Shown: positions 12,501 through 26,299, numbered from the stretch's first letter. The stretch is DNA of 64,000 bases from Antechinus flavipes (GCF_016432865.1 NC_067403.1:244466001-244530000), one strand, 5' to 3'. Numbers and translations are program-made. The notes: generated from the sequence alone by a model not told the origin.

Positions 12501-13744
12501 ATTAAAAACATATATTTTCAAGTTAGAATTTTGATAGAACCAGGATTGAGGGTCAAGACACTTGATGAAATTCAATAATGTAATATTTGCACAATTCCTT
12601 TCATCTTTCCCTTGTTTTCCATAATCTTCCTTGAATTTCCCAGGGAAATAGTTTAATAATTTCAGTTCACAATTTTTTTTAGTAAACATATAAATTAGCT
12701 GACCATTTTCTCATCCCTAAATCACATTTCTGAATATGATTATATTACTTTTGTCTAGTATAATGAAGATGATGGGGATATGTGAAAAGTGAAAAAGCAC
12801 AAAGATAAGGTAAATTAACCTTTCATAACTATGTGGTTGAGGAACACACCAAAGATGTTCAAGAATTTTATCTTCTTACATTTACTACTTTGTAGATATA
12901 TTGACATTTGCTAACAACCCAATGTTTTTCTTTCTGCGGTGAACAAAATATTTCATTTTTATTTATCTTGTAAAAAATGAAGTAATCTTTTAAATTCTTT
13001 ATCATAATTCTTTAAGCAAGCTTATCTAGAAATAAATAGGTACAAATAGTTTAAAAGAAAAAGAAAAGGAAACTCGGGACATGTTCTTTGTTCTGGAGTT
13101 CTGGAATACATGCATACATGCCCTTTGATTTCCTCTACTTTCATATGAAACATTTGAAAAAGTAGAATCATGATTAAAGATGATAGTAATGATTTACTAT
13201 TTTCTCTATACAGATACCAGTGGGAAATAATGTAATTGCACATTTGGGCATCAGAGAGGCACCTATATTTTTAAAGAGAAAAAAATATAGTTAAAGAATA
13301 TTCTTTGGGATTTATTACTCAATGCAGAAATGGAAAAGAATCCCAGTTTATAAGTTTATTGATAACATTTCATTGCAAGTACAAGGATTACTTTTACCAA
13401 TGATCCCTATAGACATTCCTTTTCAAAGTTCTCTTTATAGTTAAGTTAATGAGCAAAATCACAATACTTATTAATAAGTCCTCTTGGGCATGTCTTTTAA
13501 AAGACAAGTTAGCATTAAAAATCTACCATAGCCTCTAAAATAAAATGAAGGTATAAGCAGTTTACACTGAAAATTTCAAATAATGAAAATGAGATTATGA
13601 AAAATCTAGTTTTAATGGCATGTAATAAGGCAAAATAGCACATCAAGAGTAAAGCTTGCTTTTTTTTCTGATGATTTTTAATTGAAAGTTGTTGATAGAA
13701 TATCAAAAGTTGTTCCAACATTCCTTTCATCTCATTATAATAGG

Positions 13745-13935
13745 GGAAGGAAAACATTTAATAAATACCTACTGTGTTCTAGGAACAGTTGTAAACACTT
13801 AAAACATATTATGTCATTTGATTTTCAAAATTATCCTGTGATACTATCTCATTTTACAATTAAAGAAACTGAGGTAGGCAAAAGTTAAGAGATTTGCCTG
13901 ACCTCACACAACTACAAAATATTTGAAGTCAGATT
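13745..13935 (-). mobile_element. MIR SINE
   Basis: ctcattttacaattaaagaaactgaggtaggcaaaagttaagagatttgcctgacctcacac. Confidence 0.8.
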
Positions 13936-13939
13936 TTAA

Positions 13940-16750
13940 CTAATGACTTGGGGTATCCCATCCTAACCCAAGCTCCATACCAGCAAAGCAGGAATGGTTC
14001 TAGGGGCTTCTGATTCACACAGTAGTGGTGGCTTCCAAAACTCTGAGCCCCGAGAAAGCAAAATTGATTTGGGAGGTCAGCATAAATGGTCTTTGTCATC
14101 AGGGTAGGATCCCAGTATGCAGTTCTGGTGAAGGGCACAGGATAACACCCCAGCTCAGCCTAGGCTTCAGCCCCATGCTAGAAAAGCAGAAACTGGAATA
14201 CTGATCTCTGAATCATCAGCAGCACTCATGGTTTCTTGAACTTTCAGAGCAGAGATACCAAAAAGCAACTTGCAAGGTCTGCAGGAAAGGCTTATCAGTA
14301 GGGTGAGAGGACCTTGAGAAACCAGCAAAACAAAAGTAGGCATGGGCAATAGTGGTGATGGTAGGTGCCAGAAGCAGTTCATAAGAAATCCCTTTATTAG
14401 CGGTGAGGAAAGTCTTTGTTTAGCATACTCGATCTTACTGCTACTGTGGGGCAGAGCCAATCTTAACAATTCCAGGGTACAAAACAGTACTCGTGGTCAG
14501 GTCCCTAGAAGGATCTCTGAAAATAGGTGCAAAAAATTCCTGAAGCTTGGAATAGTTCACCCTCCACTCTGAAATCCTACTTTAACAAAGAATTAAAAGC
14601 TAAATAATAGGCTAGGGAAATGAACAGGCAACAAAAAAGTTTCTGACTAATGAAAATTTCTAAGGTTACAAGGAAAGTTACATACTCAGAAAATAACAAA
14701 GTTGAAGCTCCTACATTCAAAAGCCTCACAGAAAAATAAGAATTGGTCTCAGGACACGGAAGCTCAAAAGGGATTTTGAAAATCAAATAAAAGAGATAGA
14801 GGAAAAATTAGGAAGAGAATTGAGAGTGATACAAAAGAAATATAAAAAGTTAAGGAGAAGAATGCTTAGAAAGAAAAAAAAAATGGACAAATGGGAAAGT
14901 AGGTACAAACATTCACTGAAAAAATAATTCCTTAAAAATTAGAATTTATCAAAAAGAAGCTAATTACTTTATGAGAAATCAAAATTCAATTAAGTAAAAA
15001 AAATGAAAAATAGAAAAAATGCTAAATATCTCACTGGAAAAACAACTGATCTGAAAAAGAGATCCAGAAATGATAATTTACAAATTATTGGACTATTTGA
15101 AAGTCATGATCAAAAAAAGAGTGCATACATCATCTTACAAGAAATTATCAAGGCAAACTGTCCTAATATTCTAGAATATCTCCCAAAAGAGATCCCAAAA
15201 TTATAATTTCCAGGAATATTATAGCCAATCTCTGGAACTTCCAGGACAAGGAAAAATATTTCAAGTGTCCAGGAAGAACCAATTCAACTACAGTGGAGCC
15301 ACAATCAGGATAAAACAAGATTTAGTGTCTTCTTAATTAAAGGAAGAAAGGGCTTGGAATATGATATTCTAGAAAGCAATGCTTATATGAAAGAATCACC
15401 TACCCAGCAAAACTGAATATAATCCTTCAGGGGAAAAGTGGACACTCAATGAAATAGAAGATTTTAAAGCATTCATGGATGAAAAGATTAGAACTTAATA
15501 GAAAATTTGATTTTCAACTACAGACTCAGGAGAAACATAAAGAGGTAATCAGAGAAATTATATCTTAACAGACTTAATATGGTTTATTGTTTATAGGAAG
15601 GATAACACTTGTGATTTCTTTGAAGTTTCTCATTTATTATGGCAAATAGAAAGAGTACATGTACAGGGAAATAACCCAAATTTATTAAAATAATAACCAT
15701 TCCTCAAATAATAAAAGGTCAAAGGATATAAACAGATAATTTTAAGAAGAATTCAAAGCTTTCTATGGTCACATCAAAATGCTCCAAATCACTATTAATT
15801 AGAGAAATGAAAATAAAAAAACAACACTGAGGTAACTCCTTATAACTATCAGATTGGTAAAAATGATAGGAAAAAGTGACAAATGACAGGGTGATGAGGA
15901 AATATTGAAACAGTGGTGCATTGTTGATGAAGTTGTGAACCGGTCCAACCCTTCTGGAGAACAATTTGAAACTATGCTCAATAGGCTATAAAACCTGAGA
16001 TCCAACATTACTACTATCAAGAATGTATCCCAAATAGATCTAAGAAAAAAGNNNNNNNNNNNNNNNNNNNNNNNNNNNNNNNNNNNNNNNNNNNNNNNNN
16101 NNNNNNNNNNNNNNNNNNNNNNNNNNNNNNNNNNNNNNNNNNNNNNNNNNNNNNNNNNNNNNNNNNNNNNNNNNNNNNNNNNNNNNNNNNNNNNNNNNNN
16201 NNNNNNNNNNGGTGGCAAAGAATGGAAAATTGAAAGTGTGCCCAACAATTAGAGAATGACTGAACAAGTAGTGGTATGTGTTTCTGAGGCAATACTATTA
16301 TGTGCTAAAAAATAACAAAGATAGATTCATGAAAACCCAGGAAGATTTATATGAATTGATGCACATCAAGATGATCAAAATCAGGAGAACATTATCCACA
16401 GTAAGAGCAATATTGTAAGGATGATCTCTAATTAATCCAGTCCTCTAAGACAACCATCCAGTACAATTACAAAGAACTCACAATGGAAAATACTATCTGC
16501 TTCCAAGGAAAAGAACTGATGAAATCTGGGAAAATATTAAGGCATTTTGTTTACTTTCTTTATCTGTCTTGTATTCTGTTTGCAACATTGTTAACATGGA
16601 AATATGTGTTTGTTTGATTTCATTGGTATAATCAATATCACATTTCTAACCTTTCTAATGTGTAGAAGAGATGCTTGGAAAGAGCAAGATAATTGAGAAC
16701 TCAAAATATTAACATATAAACATTAACAATAAATAAATGATATATTTAAT
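13940..16750 (+). mobile_element. L1 with 5'UTR, degraded ORF1, large internal deletion, and ORF2 C-terminus/3'UTR
   Basis: GC-richer 5'UTR 13940-14580; ORF 15003-15206 (DLKKRSRNDNLQIIGLFESHDQKKS...LQEIIKANCPNILE) is L1 ORF1p; at ~15668 the sequence jumps to the ORF2 C-terminus (ggtcaaaggatataaacag...gctccaaatcactattaattagagaaatg). N gap 16052-16210. Confidence 0.85.
16052..16210. other. Assembly gap (others: 35736-35868, 36969-37148, 49134-49262, 60922-61076, 63599-63800)
   Basis: Runs of N. Confidence 1.
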
Positions 16751-18409
16751 ATTAAGATAAATTCAAACATAATTATATATGATGTATATATAAAACAAGA
16801 ATACTTTGAAGGATGAAGACATGAAAAAATTACATTGAGAAAATTCCATTCTGTTCCTAGATATTCCTGATTACATGTAATTAAGTAAATTTACTAAACT
16901 TGAGACATACAATTGCTTCTAATAGAAAAATAATGGAAATTTTCATAAGAATAAGGGTAAAGTAAGGGAAAATGTTATCTTGTCTATTGGTGACATCATT
17001 TTAGAATCCAATTGCAATCTATTTCTAAAAGTTCTCCAATGCCTTGGTCTTGAAGTAGAGGAACAAAAGGAGCTATTCTTTTTCCTACTTCTCTGCTCTT
17101 TAAGCTCTAAACATCTTAAACCTTGATCTTAAGAAAAACTAACATCATCCCAAGACTGAGGAGTTTGTAAACACAAGATATATGAAACCAAACAAGTAGA
17201 AATGATGGATTAACCATTATCAAATCCAATTGAATGAGGAGATAAATACACATGTACATACTTGCACACACATATATGTATATACACACACATATCTATA
17301 TGTATGCATATTTAAATTCCAAAAACACTATTTCCCATGTCTGTTTTGATATTTTTTAACTTACTTAAAGCTTGAAGAATATTTTTTCCAAATATTTAAG
17401 CCAAGTGCTTAAATAATGAATACCTAGCTTCATGTTTCTAAATGATTCTTCATAATATCTTTTAATTTTTTTGTCATTAAGTCTAATATCAAATTATTAT
17501 ATTTTCTATCATCTTTGGCATTTTGGTTAACAGTAGGAAATACTTTAGGACTCTATACTCTTTTGATTTTTAGATATCTGATTAATGGTCTTATGAATCT
17601 TTGTAGTAATATTTCTTTGTCTTTTGTCTTTTTTTGAGGTTTGTCTTATGCATATCAATATCTGTTCTTCCATTTATTTTAGCCATCATAGTATATATAT
17701 TTTTTTCTTTTTGTTTTTGAAGTTTCATTGATGCTTTTTGTTCTTACATCAATCATTTCTATTCATATCACCGGCAGCACCCCTTTTAGAAAGGTAATCT
17801 TTTTTTTTTTTGGAATAATAATGACAATAAAATTAAAGCTATGGAGATAACACTAACCACTTTTTTCAGTGTGTATGACTTTCTTAGACCTTTGCTCATT
17901 AACTTTCCAACTAAAAGTATAAGAACCATATCCTTACATCATAGTATATTTTAAAAACATAATGTCTCTTTTGAGTAACAATGCATTCTATTTTGATATC
18001 CTTTATGTTTTTTCCCAAAACTAATGTTTTCTCCTTGTCCATCCATTTAATCTTTCCTTAAACAGAGGATATGAAAGGAAAACAAAACAATACAACATAA
18101 CCTTCTAACTTTGTGCATTCCATATAAATACTATGTATGAACTTTTACCTTTATTTTTATTCCTGGAATTTAATGAAGTAACTGACCACATAGTAGGTAC
18201 CTGGTATATTATTATTGTTGTTATTATTATCATTATTGTATTTATTGAAAGTCTTTGCTTAGAATTTTTTGTTTTATCCTAGAAATAATAGGGTACTACT
18301 GAGGGTTTATATACATGACAATTACAGGGCCATATCTATTTTAAGCAATATTTAAAGCACACACTTTGGAAGACAGATTGGAGAACATTCTGAATGAAAG
18401 CTGATTATT

Positions 18410-18665
18410 ATTTTCTTTTTGTCTTCATTTTGCTCATGTTTGATTTTTCATGGCCTTATTTCAAGTTTTCTTGGCAAAGATATTGGAATGGTTTGTTGTC
18501 CTATTCTACAATTCATTTTACAGATGAGAAAATGAGGCAAACAGGGTTAAGTAGCTTGCCCATGGCCATACAGTTAATAAGCATCTCAGGCCAGATTTGA
18601 ACTTTGGAAGATAAATCGTCCTGACCTCAAATCTGATGTTCTATCCATTATACAACCCAGCTGCC
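18410..18665 (-). mobile_element. Mar1-like CORE-SINE
   Basis: gttttcttggcaaagatattggaatggtttg...cattttacagatgagaaaatgaggcaaacagggttaag...ctatccattatacaacccagctgcc. Confidence 0.85.
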
Positions 18666-18716
18666 ATATGATAATCAAGTTATGAGGTTATTTTGATAAT
18701 TTTAGAAAGGAGTAAA

Positions 18717-19634
18717 TCACTATTGATCAGAAAAATGCAAATTGAGACAACTCTGAGATAAGACTACACACATCTCAGATTGGCTAAGATGACAGGAAAA
18801 GATGACAGACTATCATGATAAGAAAAGAAAAATGGTGAATGTTGGAAGGAAATGACAAAACTGGGATACTGATGCATTGTTGGTGGAACAGTGAATGGAT
18901 CCAACCATTCTTGAGAGCAATTTGGAACTATGCTCAAAAAGTTATCAAACTATGCATATCCTTTGGCACAGTAGTGTTTCTACTGTGCTTATATCCCAAA
19001 GAGATCTTAAAGGAGGGAAAGGAACCCACATGTGCAAAAATGTTTGTTGTAACCCTTTTTGAAGTAGCAAGAAACTAGAAACAGAATGGATGCACATCAA
19101 TTGGAGAATAACTGAATAAATTATGGTATGTGAATGTTATAGAATATTAGTCTTCTGTAAGAAACTACCAGCAAGATTATTTCAGAGAGACCTGGAGAGA
19201 CTTACATGAACTGATGCCACATGAAATGAGCAGAACCAGGAGATCACTATACACGGTAACAACAAGACTATATGATGATTAATTCTGATGGATATGCCTC
19301 TTTTCAACAACGAGATGGTGCAAACCAGTTTTAATTGTTCAGTGATTAAAAGAGTCATCTACATGCAGAGAGAGGACTGTGGGAACTGAGTGTGGAGCAC
19401 AACATAGCATTTTCACTCTTTCTGTTGTTGTTTGCTTGCTTTTTATTTTCTATTTTTTTCCTTCTTGATCTAATTATTCTTGAGCAGCAAGATGACTATA
19501 TAACTATGTATACATATATTGGATTTAACATATAGTTTTATAAGGGTCACTGTTGAAAAATTAACCATGCATTTTTGTAAATAAAAAGCTTCAACAAAAT
19601 TTGAAAAAAAAAAACATAAAAATTTAAAAAGAAA
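18717..19634 (+). mobile_element. 5'-truncated L1 with 14-bp TSD
   Basis: ORF2 C-terminal HCWWNSEW motif (ORF 18839-19078), 3'UTR, A tail; TSD tagaaaggagtaaa at 18703-18716 and 19635-19648. Confidence 0.92.
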
Positions 19635-20544
19635 TAGAAAGGAGTAAAGAAATTGGAACTAAAATAAAGGCAGTAAATGAAGAAAAATGAGAGGAAAGAT
19701 AGTGTGGAAGTAGAAGCTACAAAACTCAGAAACTGACTTTGTTAACAAGGGATAAACAGTGTAATAATTAAGGTCTTTGAGATTGTATACCTTCATATTT
19801 GCAAATAGCCTTTAATAGAAATAGGAAAATGTTTGGAAAATATTTTTTGGGGAGGAAATGAAAACCATTATCTTCTTCAAAACAAATCATGAAAATAGTT
19901 ATATTTGATGATTATAGAGTCAGAACAATAACTGATTTAAATATTCAATTTCACTAATTTTGGTTAAAATCATTACAAATGACCACACTCATCTAAGCAG
20001 TCAGATATTTTCTATCTATCTCTGTCTTTGTCTATCTCTGTCTCTCCATCTTTCTCTCTCTAAAACACACACATAGGAAAAGAAAACATGTGATAATTAA
20101 TTAACTCACATAATATCTCCAACTTAAAGGAATAAAATATGTACAATTTAAGATCATAAATGCATCAAACTCTTAGCTTAATTTTAGCAATAAAATTGGA
20201 AAACATTAGACATCTGTTGATAATTTTTTAAGGAGAATTATTAGATGACCTTAAATTTTTCTCTGTGTTTTTTCTGTGTCACCTGTAGTCGAAACTTTAC
20301 TTCAATCTAGAAAATATATTTTAAGGAAAGACAAGTATAAATATACCAAATATAATTTTGATGATGCAAAAAATTACAAATTCAAGCTGTGATATGAAAA
20401 AAAAGTTAAATAATAGAGCTGAGACTTTTTCCCTTAGGGATAACAAATCAAAATCAGAAAGAGAATAAAATCCTATCATAACTTTTAGATAGATATTGAT
20501 GAAATGATCCCCAGTCAATTCATCTTTATGTTTCATGATCTAAA

Positions 20545-21486
20545 TTACCTCGGTTGGAGTTTCTTCAATGCCACAATAACATCTTTATTTCTTAAAGCAT
20601 ATATTAGGGGATTCAGTGTTGGAGTCACAATAGAGTACAGAAGAGAAAGAATCTTGTCCACTCCTGCTGGTTTTATGGAATTTGGTAAAAAATATGAAAT
20701 GATACCTGACCCCAAAAATAGGCTTACTACTATTAGATGAGATGAACAAGTGGAAAAGGCTTTATGTCTCCCTATGGCTGATGGAAGCTTCTGGATTGTG
20801 GCAATGATTTTGATGTAGGATAGAAGTATCATTAGAAATGGTACAATAGCAGATAGGAAAGCGCCAGCATAAGAATATAATTCATTCACTTTGGTGTCCC
20901 CACAGGCAAGCTTTAGTAATGGAGGCATATCACAAAAAACATGATTGAGGGATTTAGAACTACAGAAGGGAAGAGAGAAAATCTGGTATGTTTGTCCTAT
21001 TGGAATAGGAATTGCACTGATCCAGGAGCCAGTCAACAAACAGATGCAAATTTTTTGGTTCATGATTAGAGGATAATTTAAAGGATTACATATTGCTACA
21101 TAACGATCATAAGCCATCACAGCCAGGAGAAAGCACTCAGTGCCTCCCAAAATAAGAAAGAAACAAAGTTGCATAGCACAGGCAAGAAAAGAAATATTTC
21201 TCTTTTGCGTCAAAAGGTTTTTAAACATTCTGGGAAAGATCACTGATGTGTAACAGATTTCTAGGAAGGAAAAGTGTCTAAGAAAAAAATACATGGGTGT
21301 TTGGAGAGTGGAATTTACCTTAGTAATTAAAATGATGAGGCCATTTCCCACCAGAATACTCATATAGATGAGCAAGAAAATACCAAACAGAAATCCTTGA
21401 TAGTTGGGAAGGTCAGCAAATCCCAGAAGAATGAATTCAATCACAGCACTGGCATTTCTTAGTGTCATGTTGACTAAGCCTTCCAT
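20545..21486 (-). CDS. OR10AG1-like: Olfactory receptor, OR10AG1-like (OR-2), 313 aa from first ATG (307 aa from ATG at 21468), intact
   Basis: NAS glycosylation site, LQTPMYFFL, LGGTECFLL, MAYDRYVAICNPL, KAFSTCSSHL, PTLNPLIYALRNKDV. The ORF-track start at 21498 is TTG, not ATG. Confidence 0.95.
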   Translation of the reverse strand: MEGLVNMTLRNASAVIEFILLGFADLPNYQGFLFGIFLLIYMSILVGNGLIILITKVNSTLQTPMYFFLRHFSFLEICYTSVIFPRMFKNLLTQKRNISFLACAMQLCFFLILGGTECFLLAVMAYDRYVAICNPLNYPLIMNQKICICLLTGSWISAIPIPIGQTYQIFSLPFCSSKSLNHVFCDMPPLLKLACGDTKVNELYSYAGAFLSAIVPFLMILLSYIKIIATIQKLPSAIGRHKAFSTCSSHLIVVSLFLGSGIISYFLPNSIKPAGVDKILSLLYSIVTPTLNPLIYALRNKDVIVALKKLQPR

Positions 21487-23579
21487 CTTGGAGAACAATG
21501 AATTTTGGATTTTGATGTATGTTTCTTAAACTGTTTCTTAGTTCTTTTCCTTTAAATGAAAAAAAAAATAGTTGGTCTCTTTGTTCCCTCTTATCTCTAG
21601 CATTCTCTCTATAATTTTTTTAAATTAATAGCTGAACAACAATGTATCAAATATGGCATAGAAACAATGTCATTAGCACATTATCTATAAATTATATTCA
21701 AAGAATTTCCTATATATGTAGTTTAATGACTACTTAAATATCATAATATCAATATGTATCAGAAAAACGATCCAGTTTTCTAATTGCTATAGCAACCACA
21801 TTTTTTCTTATATTCTATCTAACAACAGTGTTAATAACATCAATAATTATTATTTAGGAGTAACTTTTAAATAACTTTAATAACTTTTTGAAAGTTGAAT
21901 CCCTAAAATATATTGAAATTCTAGGCAAGTTTTGCAAGATATTTCAAAAAAAAATTGTAGGCTTAGACCATCTCCATATCAAGAAGCAAGCATTTTATAA
22001 TTATACCATTAACTATTTGGCTAAGTACCAAAAGAGAAGTTAACAAAGTAGTAGAGAACAGTATGTTTATAGAGGTAAAATGATTTTTTAAGCCATCTTC
22101 CTTTCAGAGCCAGCATCATGGATCATAAACTGTTATTCCTTTTTGACATCAATATCTAGACATAAAATTGTAACCTAAAAATTATCCAAAGGTAAGAAAC
22201 AGTATTTCCTAAGCCAGACATCTTGGAATAAAAAAAGTTTACCCTTAACACAATCTAAGTGATCAAGGCAACAACTTAGAGCCATGGTATAGTATTTCTG
22301 AGATTACAATCTCACCCTTTCCCTTTCAGATAGTATTTCTGAGATTACAGTAACATCAAAGGTGGCCATGGAAAAGACTAATGACCACCAAGTTATGAAG
22401 GGGGAAAAAACTCTCTATAATATATAGAACTAATGATTTAAAAAAAAATTAATTGTATAAACTATGTCATCTTTATACTATTTAGTAGAGCTTTCCCAAT
22501 AAAGCTCCCAATGAAACTAAGGATTAGCTTACATTTCCACATACATTTTGAATTAAAATAAAAAATGATGGTCACAATAATTTATTATTACCCATTACAT
22601 TCTAGTACATACTATACACATACTATTACATATAATTTACTATTGCATACACATACATTACATGCATACTTTTACATATATTATAATAGTACATACATGT
22701 ACTATTACATAATACTATTACATAATCAGTTTTGAATCAACATTTTTTCAAAATCATGTTTAACTGAAACTATTAAAAACCTAAGATATTTGAAACAGTA
22801 ATTGGACAGAATTTATTGAAAACAAAGTCTAACAAGCAAGTTTTATTTTAAAGTTCTAATCTTTAGTTCAAGTTTTCTTGCACTGAAGGACATTTAATCT
22901 GAACAAATTCTCAGTGAAAACGAATAAATCATCCTAAATTTAATAAATGCAAAGTAGTATTTAGAAAATCAATGCTTATGTCATCTTTATATATAAACAT
23001 CCTTAAGAACTAACATTACAGTGTCCTCAAATTCTTTCCTGTCAGGTTATCTTTGTATTTTTAACAATTATTGAGACCTCCCCACCTTGAGTTTTTTTTC
23101 CCCTTTAATATGGGCCATATCTATCAATATTTATCACATTAAATTTGATAATTTTAGCATTATTATGAACTAATTTTAACATTGTGAGCCTCATGAAAAA
23201 GGTCATCCAGATATTCCCAGGACAGTGCCCTAAATGTACTGAACAAAGAAATTGAGTGAGTTTTTCTTCTCACCTAACATTCTTTCCTACATTACTTTCT
23301 ATGTTTATTATCATGGGAGTCCTTAATCCTCTCCAGCCTTATACATACAATGTACTCATTATTGAGTTGAATCCTTGGTCAGTTGTTTTGAATTCTGATC
23401 CTGATCTTTAAAGACTTGTGGAACTCATAGCATGTAAATGGTGATGAATAGAGTGGTAAGTTTGCACAGATTGCTAGATTCCAAGTAAATGCCCTCTTTA
23501 TATCTCAATTTCCTGATGTGCAAAATCTATATTGTTGATAATTGGGCTTCATTGTCCTTTTAATAAAATTTGAGAGACA

Positions 23580-23780
23580 CTGGTTAACATGGTGAAGTGA
23601 ATGCTCATTGAATTTTCCATAAGGACAGATAGATATAAACCTGGTCTTTGTGACTCACTATATCTAAATAACTAAGAATAAGTCATTTAACTTCCAAGTC
23701 TCAGTTTTCTTATCTGTAAAATAAGGTGATTTAAAAAGACGTCTTTTAAGATCTCCTAGATATGTAAAAATCTGATTCTA
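23580..23780 (+). mobile_element. MIR/MIR3 SINE
   Basis: aagtcatttaacttccaagtctcagttttcttatctgtaaaataagg core. Confidence 0.7.
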
Positions 23781-25017
23781 GGATAAAAACAATTCTATTC
23801 AAAATATCACCTTATTTAATCATAACTGAAATTTTGCTATTAATAATCACATTTAGATCAATGTTCCTCTCCAATCTGAAATGTTTGATTGATAGTGGTT
23901 CTTATTTGCCAAAACCCCAACTGGTCTACCAAATTTTCTTGGGAGAATGAGACACTAAGTGGTAGTTTCTATAGGCAGTAATTTGGAAGGTAAGGGGAAA
24001 AGCATAAGCATTTCTATATGAGGAAAACCAACAGTATACAATGTCAGTGAAGTTAGAGTGGCAAGAGTGTCTCCTAAGTCCCCGAGTACATGACAAAATG
24101 CCCAGGGTAACGAATGAGCAAAATTTTATATACACTTTTCATTTTTATTTAAAAAAATATTTTATTTTTCATGTCTTCAACCAAATATCCCCATACCATC
24201 TTCCCCCCATCTTTCTTTTAGTTAGTTAAAAGGAAAATTTGATTGTGTCTTCAGCTTGATTAAAGAAGCAACATTCAAAGAAAAATAATTAAAACGAGTT
24301 ATGTCTTTAAAATAGAAACACATCTGCTGTTTGATCACTGCAGATCAGTCCAGAATCCAAACTGAAGAAAACTGTCATTGATATTTTCATAACAAGAGAA
24401 AGACAACCCCAAAAGGTACCTAAAATAAATGGTCTCACCTCCTTTCTAAGTATAGTGGATAGTTCATGGTTCAACTGAAGAGACAAGTGAATGAGCCTTC
24501 CTGGTAACTGCTATCAAGCACTCTATATGGCCATAATAAGAAGATGAATTAGTGCTAAGGAAATATAACTAAAGCAAAGTAGACTCCTGCTAAACTCCCT
24601 CTGTTGCTAAACTTTCCTGGAAGCCAAATACAAGCAAGGACAAAAAATATTCTCTCTTCATCATGATTCTACTTTAGTGACTCTTTTTACAGAAGTCCTT
24701 TCATTATGCTTACCCATGATCTATACCCCAAAACCTCTACATATACAATATATACTATATTGTGGATATAACAATGAGTTGCTGACCAGAGAATCAGAAG
24801 TTCTGAGTTCTAATGCTGCCCCTAACAATCTCTGAAATCTAGATTTATTTATTTATTTGTTTGTTTAGCCATTCATCTATTTATTTATTGGTGAAATATG
24901 TGGAGGGGGAAGGGTCCGAGGAAATCTCTAACCTGGTGATTTCAGGTCAAATAAACAAGTATATTTTCAAAAACATTAAGAATAAAGCTCCATATTCATT
25001 TTTGTCATATATTTAAA

Positions 25018-25020
<3 letters not shown>

Positions 25021-25081
<61 letters not shown>
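25021..25081. repeat. (TATG)n(TA)n microsatellite
   Basis: Perfect compound repeat. Confidence 0.95.
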
Positions 25082-25085
<4 letters not shown>

Positions 25086-26191
25086 ATATATTTTAAATCT
25101 CAGTTACTCCAGGTTCTGAAATCTAGATCAGTTTCTGTATTTACAAAAAATAGCTCATTGGAGCTGATAATCTCTCAGTTTTCACCTAATTTTGATATTC
25201 TATGTTAAATGGATAAAAATACTGCATGTTGGCAGGAAACTCGGAATCAAAAAGAAATAGGTTGTGAGAGTCATTCAATAAAAAAGCCTTATTCTTTCTG
25301 CTTTATGGTTTTTGAGATTTGACGTAGACTTAGCAAAAACCACATAGGAATAGGCAGGTAGGGCATAATTTTAAGTTTAATAAATTTAAGTATTTGATCT
25401 CTTAGAACTTAATTATATTAGAAGAATCATTAAAATCAAACTGAAAACAATTGAATATATAGTCTTCTCCACTAAGAAGTTATAAACTGAAAGAAGTATA
25501 GCTAAATTTTCCTTACAAAATAATTATTTTTTCTTATTTACTTCATTGATGTTGCATTTAAACATTTTCTTTTAGTATGAATTTTAAAAAAATTCTCAAT
25601 AATTAATTATTAACTTTAATCAATAGAATTGTCAATACAATAATCCCAGATATGAATAAAAAAAACTTTCTACTTTTCAGAGTTTTGTAGATATGTCAGT
25701 GTATGTGATAATGATTCAAATTTGAAATCTACAAGAGCTACTTATTCAAGAAAAGTTTTTGTTTTGTGTTATTTTTCATATAAAGTAGATTTAAACTGAT
25801 GCTATGTGAATATTTCTCTTTTGTTTTCTAATTTTTTTTAATCCTTGAATCATAGAATTTAAAAAATATCTGAGAGATCACTTGGATCTCAAAAAAAAAA
25901 TTCTTGTTGCCAGAAAACTTCAGATTGTAAAAGTAAATATTTCATACTTACGTTTCTCAGGTGGAAGGAAATAAATTAAATGCATATCTTTTGTCAAGAT
26001 TGGAACAAGAAATCAAAGAGAATAGGTATATTCATTTATAATAATACGATCTGAGCTATAGATCTGACACTGGTAATAATGTCAGCTTCTGTCTGTAGTG
26101 ATGATTCTTTTCAAATCCACTAGTACTTAATAGAAATTATCCCTAGCCTATTCTGATCTGAAAGAACAGCTTTTTACTAGTCTACTTTTTG

Positions 26192-26203
26192 TTTTTAATG
26201 AGA
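26192..26203. promoter_or_regulatory. Homeodomain motif TTTTTAATGAGA upstream of OR-2
   Basis: Same 12-mer as at 8987 and 36425; minus-strand donor AAC|GTAAGT at 25951, ~240 nt downstream. Confidence 0.5.
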
Positions 26204-26299
26204 AAACAGTTTGTTTCCAAAAGTAAATTCAAAAATCAAAGATCATTACATTATGTAATCATTTAGAGTCCTGGGATTCACTGCTGATGTTGTTAAAGC

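Noticed and set aside
21487-21498. 317-aa N-terminus of OR-2 from the ORF track
   Set aside because: The first codon is TTG; the first ATG is at 21486.
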